32,000 nt of DNA, taken from contig OY969938.1 in NCBI GenBank assembly GCA_963704755.1, forward strand, positions 1,740,001 through 1,772,000, written 5' to 3'. This DNA is from an uncultured Chloroflexia bacterium. Lineage in GTDB: Bacteria > Chloroflexota > Anaerolineae > Anaerolineales > Anaerolineaceae. The position numbers were made by a program, and so were the translations under genes. Below are positions 1 through 8,257 of the stretch, one piece after another (position 1 is the first letter of the stretch; every line of letters begins with the position of its first letter). The notes beneath the pieces were generated by a model. It was not told the origin of the DNA, searched no databases, and saw only the letters and a program-made list of their open reading frames with translations.

Positions 1-557
1 ACGAAGTTGGTGCAATCCGAACCACCAAAGCTGCCATAATCGGGATTGATTTGAGAGGCGTAATCTTTGGCATATTTTGCAGCCGCTTGCCGATCATATG
101 TGACATATTTCGTCTTATAACCCGTTGGATCGACAAAGATGATCGGGTTAGCACTCGCGTATAACCATTGATTGAAAGTGATTGGGGTAAAATCGTCACC
201 CGCCCACGCATCCTTCCCGACAAACCTGCCCTCCACCGGGCTATAATACCTCGCCCGCAGATACACCAACCCTGTTTGCAGATCATACATCTCGCCGGTG
301 AAGGCATAATCGCTCACGGCATCGCCATCACTATACAATATCTCACCATAAGGGGTATAGCTTTGCGTCAGGGTAACTGCCCCGGCGTCATCTACTATCT
401 TTCGTACAGATCCCAAGGCGTCTGGAAGGAAATAACCCGCCTGGGTGTCGGATATCTGGGCAATGCGGCTAACTCCATAAAGGTAGGTATTCGTACTGTT
501 TTGCATCGAACCAGGATTGGCCCTACACACAAATTCAATAAGAAAGGGTGGTGCCAT
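1..557 (-). CDS. Orphan/truncated Rhs (YD-repeat) core C-terminus fused to a putative cell-wall amidase-type toxin domain; 3' end runs off the left edge (module 9)
   Basis: Absent from the ORF track because it is open at the window edge. My minus-strand translation starts at ATG 557..555, with a TAA just upstream. It reads MAPPFLIEFVCRANPGSMQNSTNTYLYGVSRIAQISDTQAGYFLPDALGSVRKIVDDAGAVTLTQSYTPYGEILYSDGDAVSDYAFTGEMYDLQTGLVYLRARYYSPVEGRFVGKDAWAGDDFTPITFNQWLYASANPIIFVDPTGY, then KTKYVTYDRQAAAKYAKDYASQINPDYGSFGGSDCTNFV. The first part is the canonical RHS repeat-associated core ending (FTGE..D..TGL.YLRARYY.P..GRF...NP....DP.G). The second matches the Y.R..A..YA...GG.DCTNF signature of the putative amidase / NlpC-like Cys-peptidase family. 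The + ORF 168..680 is its antisense shadow. Confidence 0.7.
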   Translation of the reverse strand, partial: MAPPFLIEFVCRANPGSMQNSTNTYLYGVSRIAQISDTQAGYFLPDALGSVRKIVDDAGAVTLTQSYTPYGEILYSDGDAVSDYAFTGEMYDLQTGLVYLRARYYSPVEGRFVGKDAWAGDDFTPITFNQWLYASANPIIFVDPTGYKTKYVTYDRQAAAKYAKDYASQINPDYGSFGGSDCTNF

Positions 558-577
558 AGCTCGTTAAAGGCAGCCCC

Positions 578-1921
578 CTACTCTACAGGGGCCAACCAAA
601 CCGCAGTGCCATACAAATATCCAAAATCAAAAACCTGGCGCTTTTCAACGTCAACCAGGTATGCAAACTTCCTGGCCTGAGCCAATAAATTGTTGGCCAG
701 GAATTGTTTCCCGTCCGGTGACCAAACCACTCCACCGGGATTCCCATTAAATTCGTCATGGGTATACTCAACGATCGCGGGGTCCCATACTTCTTCCCGT
801 TTAAAATCATAGACCAATAACCGGACATCCGCTTCCTCTTGGACGTAAAAGGAAAGATACTGTCCATCCGGAGACCAGGCAATCCCGCTGGCCCACAGGA
901 ACTTTTCTGAAATCGCCGGATCAAGTAAAGACTTTTCATTCCCTTCCCGATCGACCACGGTCAATTCCAGGGTTTTATGTTCACCGGCATCTGGGACGAA
1001 AATGGCAAAGCGGCTCCCGTCCGGTGACCATGCGGGTTCAGAACTCCACGGCCGGGCTGTCAACGAAATCAGGTTTCGCCGCCAAATTTCTGCATTCGTT
1101 TTTAGGTCCCAAAGTGAGATTGCACAAGTCGGTTGGACTGGGTCGGCTTCATAATATATCACCATCGAAAGTGAAGGGTCGTATTTCGGGGCGACTGAAG
1201 CGCTATACCAGTTTGGAACAGGCCAAAGTCTCCCATCGATCAGGTTAGGAAAAGTCGGCGTGATCAGTTGCGACTGCTGAGTAACCAGGTTATATAAAAT
1301 GAGCCTGCCCAAAGGGTATGGGTTTCCAACCGGGTATAGAAAAACCTGGGTATTCGAAGGCCAGTAGGCTATACCACTTGCTTGCAGCTTATCTAGATCC
1401 ACCGACTGATAGGAATCTCCATCGGTAAGGATCATGGAGGTTTTTACCGCTGTTTTGCTGAGCTCTTCCCGGATAAATGCAGCATGACGTTGATCCGGCG
1501 CCATCATCTGATTGCTATTATTATCTGCGAAAATGCAACAATCTTGTATCGAAAGGAACACTTCTGGAGATGCCATATCGCGTTGATATTTATCTACCAC
1601 TGCATGGAAACCAACCCCCTTCTGAACCGGATTGAACAAAATCGTGCCATCTGACAGGCTTTCTTTGTCCATAGCCGGGGGATTAACCTGAGGGTATTCG
1701 GATGCCGTCATCATTGAAGTAGGTGTTAAACTGGCAAACGGGGAAGGAGACGGCGTCGATCGCATGGGTATCGTTTCGGCCGTTGCCGGCCCTGGCGGTG
1801 TAACCGTCAGAGTCGAAATGCCAGTTGCCGTCATTTCTGGAGATGGATTGTTACAGCCGGCCAGGCAAAGAACAATCACGAGAACGCCAAATATTTTCAT
1901 TGTTTTTGATGAGAAGTTCAT
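578..1921 (-). CDS. Lipoprotein with PD40/TolB-like beta-propeller repeats (family-1 propeller); immunity candidate of module 8
   Basis: 447-aa ORF. Signal peptide MKIFGVLVIVLCLAGC carries a lipobox; an alternative start at 1900 is possible. Repeated WSPDG/AWSPDG blade motifs. The C-terminal architecture is shared with the ORFs at 2426..3742, 4193..5560 and 12483..13758. Confidence 0.75.
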   Translation of the reverse strand: MNFSSKTMKIFGVLVIVLCLAGCNNPSPEMTATGISTLTVTPPGPATAETIPMRSTPSPSPFASLTPTSMMTASEYPQVNPPAMDKESLSDGTILFNPVQKGVGFHAVVDKYQRDMASPEVFLSIQDCCIFADNNSNQMMAPDQRHAAFIREELSKTAVKTSMILTDGDSYQSVDLDKLQASGIAYWPSNTQVFLYPVGNPYPLGRLILYNLVTQQSQLITPTFPNLIDGRLWPVPNWYSASVAPKYDPSLSMVIYYEADPVQPTCAISLWDLKTNAEIWRRNLISLTARPWSSEPAWSPDGSRFAIFVPDAGEHKTLELTVVDREGNEKSLLDPAISEKFLWASGIAWSPDGQYLSFYVQEEADVRLLVYDFKREEVWDPAIVEYTHDEFNGNPGGVVWSPDGKQFLANNLLAQARKFAYLVDVEKRQVFDFGYLYGTAVWLAPVE

Positions 1922-1925
1922 TTTT

Positions 1926-2282
1926 CTACCATTGGCTTGCGAAATCCCGATAGCTCAGGCAATCGTTCGAAATGATTCGATCGGTTATTTCTTTAATCGA
2001 ATATCCTGGATCAGCTTGTGTTTTCCATACAATTTCTCCAAAGGTTTCTTCTTGATCATGAATATCGACAGGATGCTCAGGATCGAATAATTCGAGAACA
2101 ACATCTTTCTCTGTAGAATCGCCCAGGCAAATATTGGCCTGGGTGGTCGTTAAACTATCAATATTAGGGTAACCCAGGTAGGTTTTTCGATTCGAAACCC
2201 CCACGATGTCAGCCTCCAATGGGACCATTTTTCCATAGACCATTAGCGCCAATGGTGTCCGTTGATGCCTGGGCTCATTCAA
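1926..2282 (-). CDS. Hypothetical small protein (up to 118 aa), tightly coupled to the downstream propeller gene; lacks the conserved junction block
   Basis: The ORF ends 4 nt before the start of 578..1921. I recognise no motif. The listed start is TTG; in-frame ATGs at 2243 and 2228 are more compatible with the promoter-like element at 2282..2310. Confidence 0.4.
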   Translation of the reverse strand: MNEPRHQRTPLALMVYGKMVPLEADIVGVSNRKTYLGYPNIDSLTTTQANICLGDSTEKDVVLELFDPEHPVDIHDQEETFGEIVWKTQADPGYSIKEITDRIISNDCLSYRDFASQW

Positions 2283-2310
2283 TTATAAATTCGGACACTG
2301 TTTTCAGCAA
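2282..2310 (-). promoter_or_regulatory. Sigma70-like promoter candidate TTGCTG-17nt-TATAAT upstream of module 8
   Basis: The minus strand reads TTGCTG (2310..2305), a 17-nt spacer, then TATAAT (2287..2282), inside a 140-nt AT-rich gap. Such matches arise easily by chance in AT-rich DNA. Confidence 0.3.
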
Positions 2311-2425
2311 AATGAATTTTCTGCATTTTTGCTATATTACAGCAAAAACTTCATGTTTTTATAGAAAAGGTTTGTATTGGTCGATGTTTTTACCATACGC
2401 AAGAAATTTTCTCATGCCCACAAGC

Positions 2426-3742
2426 CTATTTCAACCAGCCCACAGGTTCGAATCCTTTTTTTACGATAGTTCCTTCCCCGGTTTGGATATCAAACACCAG
2501 TGTGGATGGATCATCATCTCCAGGTAGAATATAGGAAACAGCCAATTGATCGCTGGTTGGTGACCAGAAGGTCAAATAATCATAATTTTGGTTCCCGCTG
2601 TCGATGCAATAATCAGTAATGGATTGGGTTTGGGTATCCAATACGGCCAACTTCTGGTCGGTCCAGATGCGATGGGAGTCGTTGGTATACCAAAATGCCA
2701 GATAACGACCATCGGGAGACCAAACCAGTTTGGAGATCGAAACCGTCTCAAACGAGGAACTTAATTTGCTTGTGAGTAGGCTTTGACCATCTCGACCAAT
2801 GACGAAGATTTCGTACGCATAAGAGAGGTCGCTCGCCGGCACGAGTGGTGCAGTGTTGATGGCGACAGCAAATTTTTGGCTATCTGGTGACCAAGCCGGC
2901 CAATTGCCGTAAATATAAGTGCTTCGCAAGCTTGCCAGATCGGTGCCTTTCTCCATGTCTCGTAAAACCAGAACATGACCATTATCCTCATTGGAGGGAT
3001 ACACCATACGAGTCATCGTCGGATCATAGACATTTTAAAATGAACCAAAATATCCCCATTCAAGCAATGGTTCAAATACGAAGTTGTAGTCGGGAAGGTA
3101 AGGTTCTAGTAATTCTTGTCTTTGTGGCGATTCGAAAGGAGATACCAGCAATACCGAATTATCGTCGCGGTTGGGAGCGTTCATGAGGAATTGTTCATCG
3201 TTCAACCAGAAGTATTCGGATGGCTGTTCTAACGGTACCTGGGTAACCAAATTGGCCAACCGATCATAGATTTTTATGAAACCACTCGGACCTAAAGTAG
3301 AATAGATTCTTGTTGAAAAATAGCTACCCCCAGAAGAGGTATTTTCCGATAGAAAACGGTCTCCGCCAGGTGGTGAGATATATTGACCCTGGTTGGTTTC
3401 CAGGTCGAGGAACAAGATGTTTTTTAGGTTTTCCCGAACCAGATTTTCCATCACCAATATGCCTGGCAATTGGCCAGCAGGTTTGGGATTTATGGTGATG
3501 CACTGAATTTCTATCGTACCAGATTGTGCGGTTGGGGTCAGAGTAGGAGAGGATACAGGCACTTGTACTTGTGTTGCTGATGTTATTGCATTTGTAGGTA
3601 TAAGGCTTTCAGTGGTCGCGGTCCTTACAACTACGGAAGGTTTCACACTTTTGTACAAATTACACCCGGTAAGCACGACACACAAGGCTAACAGATTCAC
3701 AAAACCGAAGTAAACGAGCACAGAACGATCATTCCGGTTCAT
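2426..3742 (-). pseudogene. Family-1 PD40-like beta-propeller lipoprotein interrupted by a single in-frame TAA (module 7 immunity candidate)
   Basis: ORFs 3035..3742 and 2426..3016 are in the same frame, separated only by TAA 3035..3037 (...EWGYFGSF*NVYDPTMTRMVYPS...). The joined length of about 438 aa matches the paralogs. Signal peptide MNRNDRSVLVYFGFVNLLALCVVLTGC. WSPDS/WSPDG motifs. Ends ...PVGWLK like 4193..5560. Confidence 0.7.
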
Positions 3743-3765
3743 TGGCTTGATTTATTCCCAGGTAC

Positions 3766-4169
3766 GTCAAAACCAGTATCACTGTATCCCCCAACCAGGC
3801 TGCTGAAAAAACTTCACAGTAGCCGGTCACCAACAGAGCACCGGGGATACTGGTCCCTGGGTTTCTTTTATAAAAAGCATAATGAATATATTGGTTAAGA
3901 TTATATCCATTGATTTATGCTATTTTTCGCAATAAGGTGGCAAAGCTGAAGAAATGGCTGCTTGACTTTGGGTTCTCCCTTAAATAGTCATTGGGATTTC
4001 TGACGTCGTTGTTTGCGTTGACGTAGGTTCCACCTGGTCTTTTACCGCCCCCGAAGTAGTCTCCGGGGAAAGAGTAAACGCCGTCAAACTCATCCCAACC
4101 GCCGCCGCCATCACCAGTGCGATAATCAAACCATCCCACTTACCGCGTTTTTTCTTGCGGCCGAAGATC
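3766..4169 (-). pseudogene. Cassette stub (module 7): junction/signal-peptide block with lipobox Cys->Phe plus about 300 nt duplicated from the 14.1-14.5 kb cassette; no effector domain
   Basis: The signal-peptide frame reads IFGRKKKRGKWDGLIIALVMAAAVGMSLTAFTLSPETTSGAVKDQVEPTSTQTTTSEIPMTI*. The whole segment aligns by eye with 14062..14470. No ATG/GTG start lies in the selected frame. Confidence 0.6.
4078..4169 (-). repeat. Junction block copy 1 (FGRKKKRGK-WDGLIIALVMAAAVGMSLTAF)
   Basis: Hand alignment with the other six copies. GC-rich relative to its flanks. Confidence 0.85.
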
Positions 4170-4192
4170 GGCGTGATAACCGCATTTTGCGA

Positions 4193-5560
4193 TCATTTCA
4201 GCCAGCCTACCGGCCTCGCCTGATCTGCAATTTTCGTAATGGTATGGTTTTGAAGGTCCACCCAAAGAGTGCTGCTTTGCCAGTCTTTCCAATCCTCGAT
4301 TAGCAGAGATTTGCTATCCGGAGACCAGACGGGTCTGGTTGTATTTACTTGTCCCAATTGTGGGCCAAGATGGATATCATCTCCAAAACGAAATGGCCGC
4401 GAGTTTAGCTCCTGACAGAAGACATCCACTTTTTGGGTTTCCATATCTAATACTGCCAGTTTGCCTGTGTTCTTCGGAAGATTGGTCAAAAGCCAGAATG
4501 CAACGTAGCGGTTGTCAGGAGACCATACCGGTGAATCAATCAATAAATCCGGATAATCCTCCCGAAAGAAACTGACTTGCATCATCTCACCGGTTGAATT
4601 GATGAGATATAACTCATCGTGCCTTGTAAAAGGATCATTCTCCAAATCTGTAACCAGCAATAACTGGCTTCCGTCCGGTGACCATCTTACCCAATCAACA
4701 CGATTTATGGTTGAAAGTACCTTATTCTTTTTCACATTCCATAAGATTGAGGTATGCTTGTTTGAATCAAAATAATACGCATCATACAAAACCAATGAAG
4801 TATCAGGGCTATAGATGAGTGGAGACCCCCATGTCCAATAGATATCTCTATAAAAAATATTCGGAAAATTCGAGGACAGAATGTGTTGTTCATGATCAGA
4901 TAGGTTGATCGAAACCAGATCGTATACTGCTGTGCTTGTTGGATCCTGTAAATCTTCGCCATTTACGTACTGCCGGAAGAGAAGTTGTTCATTATTCAAC
5001 CAACCGAAAAAAGTCCAGCTTTCTGGAAATGAAAAGCGGTCGTATTCATGGCCATTGGAATCCACAATGTTTAGGTCTGCAGAAAAGTGTAAAGTTTTCC
5101 CTTCTGTTAATGCCAGTTTTTCCTTGTCCGGGGATTCGGCATAGATATAATATTCTGGTCCATCGGGCAAATCATAAAAAGAAACCTGGTTTAACTGTGG
5201 GTTCCAAAAAGTCAGTTTTGAGCCTGTATCCGGTTCCGGTATCCATAGCTCATCCCTTGTCAATTGATCGTCAGCGGCAAAGACAAGCGTTCCATCCAAA
5301 TTTGGTAATTCTTTAATCCCGACAATTTTCTCAGGGCAATAGGTATCGATCTCAAACTTATTGGCAGCAAAAGTAGGAGTCAAGTCTTTGATAGGTGTTG
5401 GTTGAAGTATCTCCGCTGTTTTTGTTGGTTCCACGGTTTGAGCACGGGTGCTTATTACAACCGGTACTTCCGTTCTCTGTGGTTGCTCTTTCGGAACTGC
5501 GGTACAACCCACCAGCAAAACCAGGAAAGATAACCCTAATGAGCTTCGAATACTTTTCAT
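4193..5560 (-). CDS. Family-1 PD40-like beta-propeller lipoprotein (module 6 immunity candidate)
   Basis: 476-aa ORF in the track. The probable start is MKSIRSSLGLSFLVLLVGC (ATG 5560), which carries a lipobox. Motifs RWSPDG, VWSPDN and VWSPDS. Ends ...RPVGWLK. Confidence 0.8.
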   Translation of the reverse strand: MKSIRSSLGLSFLVLLVGCTAVPKEQPQRTEVPVVISTRAQTVEPTKTAEILQPTPIKDLTPTFAANKFEIDTYCPEKIVGIKELPNLDGTLVFAADDQLTRDELWIPEPDTGSKLTFWNPQLNQVSFYDLPDGPEYYIYAESPDKEKLALTEGKTLHFSADLNIVDSNGHEYDRFSFPESWTFFGWLNNEQLLFRQYVNGEDLQDPTSTAVYDLVSINLSDHEQHILSSNFPNIFYRDIYWTWGSPLIYSPDTSLVLYDAYYFDSNKHTSILWNVKKNKVLSTINRVDWVRWSPDGSQLLLVTDLENDPFTRHDELYLINSTGEMMQVSFFREDYPDLLIDSPVWSPDNRYVAFWLLTNLPKNTGKLAVLDMETQKVDVFCQELNSRPFRFGDDIHLGPQLGQVNTTRPVWSPDSKSLLIEDWKDWQSSTLWVDLQNHTITKIADQARPVGWLK

Positions 5561-5626
5561 TGTTCGCCTTAATTTCAAGAACCGGTGTTTAGGACGATGG
5601 CCATTCACCACATAGTCTCCCATAAT

Positions 5627-5914
5627 TTATGTTGGTTTTAGTATCATTATACAAGTAGCTGTGGGTGCTTCTGTCGGGGACTCTGTAGCTGCAGGTAACG
5701 TAGATTCGATCTTCGCCGTTGCATTGATTTCATCGTTTGGCGCTGGTGTTGCGGTTATTGTTGCTGTTGCTGTAGGAGTTTCCACGGTCGTTGTCGTTGT
5801 GCCAGGCGTACACGCCGTCAAACTCATCCCGACTGCCGCCACCATCACCAGGGCGATAATCAAACCATCCCACTTGCCGTGCTTCCTCTTGCGGCCGAAG
5901 ATCAACACCAACAA
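5627..5914 (-). pseudogene. Cassette stub (module 6): junction block + Thr/Pro/Ala linker only, effector domain missing
   Basis: LVLIFGRKRKHGKWDGLIIALVMVAAVGMSLTACTPGTTTTTVETPTATATITATPAPNDEINATAKIESTLPAATESPTEAPTATCIMILKPT*, with the stop 3 nt before the next gene's longest ORF. The only possible start is TTG, with no RBS. Confidence 0.5.
5811..5912 (-). repeat. Junction block copy 2
   Basis: cacgccgtcaaactcatcccgactgccgccaccatcaccagggcgataatcaaaccatcccacttgcc... About 59% GC by hand count. Confidence 0.85.
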
Positions 5915-6046
5915 AGTGGATAAATCTTTGAGGCATGAGAGTTGAACTAGCCAGTTTAGGCATCGTGGGTGAGGAAACGTCTAATAATCTTCCTCGGGTT
6001 CAAGATTTCTGGATTCGCTTAGGAGCCTTTAGTTTTATTTTATCTA

Positions 6047-7297
6047 TCATCTAATAATTTGATATTTATAAATTTTATTGTATACGACCATCCAAAGATT
6101 GTGCTGGCTATCCTCTTTTACTGGACTATAGCCATTCGTTATCATACACCATTTACCTTTTTCATATCCCTCCCGAATATCTAGACTTATTACACCACCC
6201 GTGGTGCTAAACCAAACTAAGCCATTTGAGCTTTCAAATATTGCCATTGTTTCAACCCAACCGTATCCTGGTTCGGGCGACTCGGCGTATCGGATAAACT
6301 CGGGCGGTGGAATAAGTTTATAAAATACTAAGTGTTCAGTATCGGAAAAGTCTACCCATCCTTCATGATCCAACCAGAAACGTTGCGACCAATCGAAATA
6401 TTTTGTTAATGGCTGGCGTAACAAATTCGAGAGGTCAATAGAGGGGATATCGGGTTCATTATTCGTTATACTATCAAATAATTTTGTCGTTTGATCATCT
6501 ATAAAATATTGAATTATTTTTCCATTCACTTGATCCTCACTCCACAGGCTTGATCCATCAGGAGCAATATTCAGAAGAAGAAATTCGCCTTGAAGTTGTA
6601 GAGGTTGGCGTTCAACTTCTAATGTCTCTGGATCGAAGCTATAAAGCGTTGACACATTTAAATCAGCATCTTTTACGAACATCCAGAATAACCCTTTGTT
6701 ATCTTCTACGACATCCGAACGAATCTCTCTGGGTGATTGTAAAACTCCCTGGTTATCCAAGATGAAATTAAATCTATCAATGGAAGCATTGTATTGACTA
6801 AGTAAAGGTATACCTTCTTGGTGCGATTGAAATACGTAATTTTCCGCCCACAATATTCCGTTTTTACTAAAGAATAATTTGTGTATCGGCAAAACGAAGT
6901 CATTTTTATCCAGTGTATAAATTTCCTTTTCGTTTTTATCCAAAGAATAAAGAACCAGTTGATTTTGCCCACCATCTCCATATGAAATCCAAATTTGATC
7001 GCTGTCATTTATTGCAAAATCCATCAGATAGGCATCATCTGGAATGGATCCAACTAAATTCCATTGAATAGGCGGAATTTCTTCAATTGTTCGCTGTTGT
7101 ACATCTCCCCCCATCGGAATGACTCCAAGGGAATTAATTGGTTGAATGCACTCGTCTTTTGTTACAAAATGGGTAGTCGCGTCCATCTCTCTGGATCGAT
7201 TTCTGGTTTCTGAAATTATCCCACTACATGCGAAAAGCAAGAAAACAAAAAATATGGGGATTCCATGTCTAATTAGTTTTCTGTCCATTAATGACAT
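6047..7297 (-). CDS. Beta-propeller lipoprotein of a different type (two-component-regulator-propeller-like G.LW repeats); module 5 immunity candidate
   Basis: The track ORF runs 6047..7315 with a TTG start. The ATG at 7297 gives MSLMDRKLIRHGIPIFFVFLLFACSG, which has a lipobox. Repeated QIWISYG, GILWAEN, GLFWMF, SLWSED, GLVWFST and NLWMVV motifs. Confidence 0.7.
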   Translation of the reverse strand: MSLMDRKLIRHGIPIFFVFLLFACSGIISETRNRSREMDATTHFVTKDECIQPINSLGVIPMGGDVQQRTIEEIPPIQWNLVGSIPDDAYLMDFAINDSDQIWISYGDGGQNQLVLYSLDKNEKEIYTLDKNDFVLPIHKLFFSKNGILWAENYVFQSHQEGIPLLSQYNASIDRFNFILDNQGVLQSPREIRSDVVEDNKGLFWMFVKDADLNVSTLYSFDPETLEVERQPLQLQGEFLLLNIAPDGSSLWSEDQVNGKIIQYFIDDQTTKLFDSITNNEPDIPSIDLSNLLRQPLTKYFDWSQRFWLDHEGWVDFSDTEHLVFYKLIPPPEFIRYAESPEPGYGWVETMAIFESSNGLVWFSTTGGVISLDIREGYEKGKWCMITNGYSPVKEDSQHNLWMVVYNKIYKYQIIR

Positions 7298-7302
7298 CCG
7301 GT

Positions 7303-8161
7303 TTATTCTGTACAAGACCAGTTCATTGATTCCAGCACGTCCTGAAATACGTTATCGTTATTAGCCAGATCTATATGCTTAATATCTTTATATATTGGAT
7401 GATTTGCTTGCTCTAGATCCAAAATGGCCCTATCACCATATATAGCTCCTTTTATATTTATAAATATTGGATTTCTATTATTGTCTAGATCATTTGGGGT
7501 ATCGGCTAGAAACAGCGGGGTTTTTGAAGCAATATTGTCTGCTAATGTATCCATATCATTAATATTCGGATAATCAGGATATGCTGATAATGTTGGATCC
7601 AATAATACAATTCAATTGATCAAAGTAGTACCTATGATTGCAGAGGCAGTCAAAACAGCGACATCTGCTCCTCCACTATGACCAATAAAAATGAAATTTG
7701 CCTCTGAATTCTCGTTTTTTATTTGCCCAATTTCTTGTTCAGCCTCAGATGCACAATTTGTTTTTGGTGAACATGAATCGTAATTAATGGATTGAATCTC
7801 ATAATTATTGTCAGTGGCCCATTTATAATATGGCGAAAGCGATAGTCCCACACCGCAGGTTAACCCTTTTCCACAAAACAGAAAAACATAAGTGAAATCG
7901 AGAAGAAATTCACAAGGCTCTGGAGTTTCTACGGGAGATAATGTAAACGACATTGTCTGCTCACCTTCAATCGTAATGGCCGTTACATCAAGTTCATAAT
8001 TTTTGGTTTGGGGAATTGCTATCCATGTTGCAGTTACTGTTCCTTCACTATTATTGGCAGTACCACTGCTGCTTCCACACGCCGTCAAACTCATCCCGAC
8101 TGCCGCTACCATCACCAGGGCGATAATCAAACCATCCCACTTGCCGTGCTTTTTCTGACAT
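7303..8161 (-). pseudogene. Cassette (module 5): junction signal peptide + alpha/beta-hydrolase (lipase/esterase-like, GHSGG) domain, split by an in-frame TGA; ATG one nt out of frame
   Basis: ORFs 7612..8130 and 7303..7602 share one frame across TGA 7612..7614 (...IIGTTLIN*IVLLDPTLSAYP...). The nucleophile elbow FIFIGHSGGADV lies before the stop; candidate Asp (VLLDP) and His (IKHID) lie after it. ATG 8161..8159 sits just upstream of the block in the wrong frame (see findings). Confidence 0.65.
8088..8157 (-). repeat. Junction block copy 3 (QKKHGKWDGLIIALVMVAAVGMSLTAC)
   Basis: Hand alignment. This is the shortest copy; homology starts at the basic cluster. Confidence 0.85.
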
Positions 8162-8225
8162 TGTTATGATCAGATTTGCAACTATTGCTTGAAGCCAATA
8201 CATTTAATTGATTGATTGCTCTCAA

Positions 8226-8254
8226 ATTTAAACAAATCGTTAAATACATTGCAA
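8226..8254 (-). promoter_or_regulatory. Sigma70-like promoter candidate TTGCAA-17nt-TTAAAT upstream of module 5
   Basis: The minus strand reads taagaaTTGCAAtgtatttaacgatttgtTTAAATttgag, directly after the stop of 8258..9325. AT-rich context, so a chance match is plausible. Confidence 0.25.
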
Positions 8255-8257
8255 TTC

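Noticed and set aside
3915-4139. ORFs MGWFD(Y/H)R(T/P)GDGGG... (3915..4139, 14208..14432 and the related 5730..5963), which recur and might look like a conserved Gly/Asp-rich protein family
   Set aside because: They are the junction block read in another frame. Differences between copies fall mainly on third positions of the signal-peptide frame, so that is the selected frame. The similarity among these ORFs simply reflects the DNA repeat.
5661-5800. Repetitive-looking gtt/gct/ggt-rich stretches in the linker regions, considered as tandem DNA repeats or a variable-number locus
   Set aside because: They are imperfect runs of Thr/Pro/Ala codons (ACN/CCN/GCN on the coding strand) with no fixed repeat unit. 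They represent low-complexity linkers rather than tandem repeats.
7612-7614. In-frame TGA/TAA codons considered as programmed recoding (selenocysteine, read-through or an alternative genetic code)
   Set aside because: Both TAA and TGA are involved. Frameshifts occur in the same gene set. The core genes in the window read normally with the standard code. I see no SECIS-like hairpin after the TGAs. Recent pseudogenisation or consensus error is the simpler explanation, although it is worth checking in the reads.
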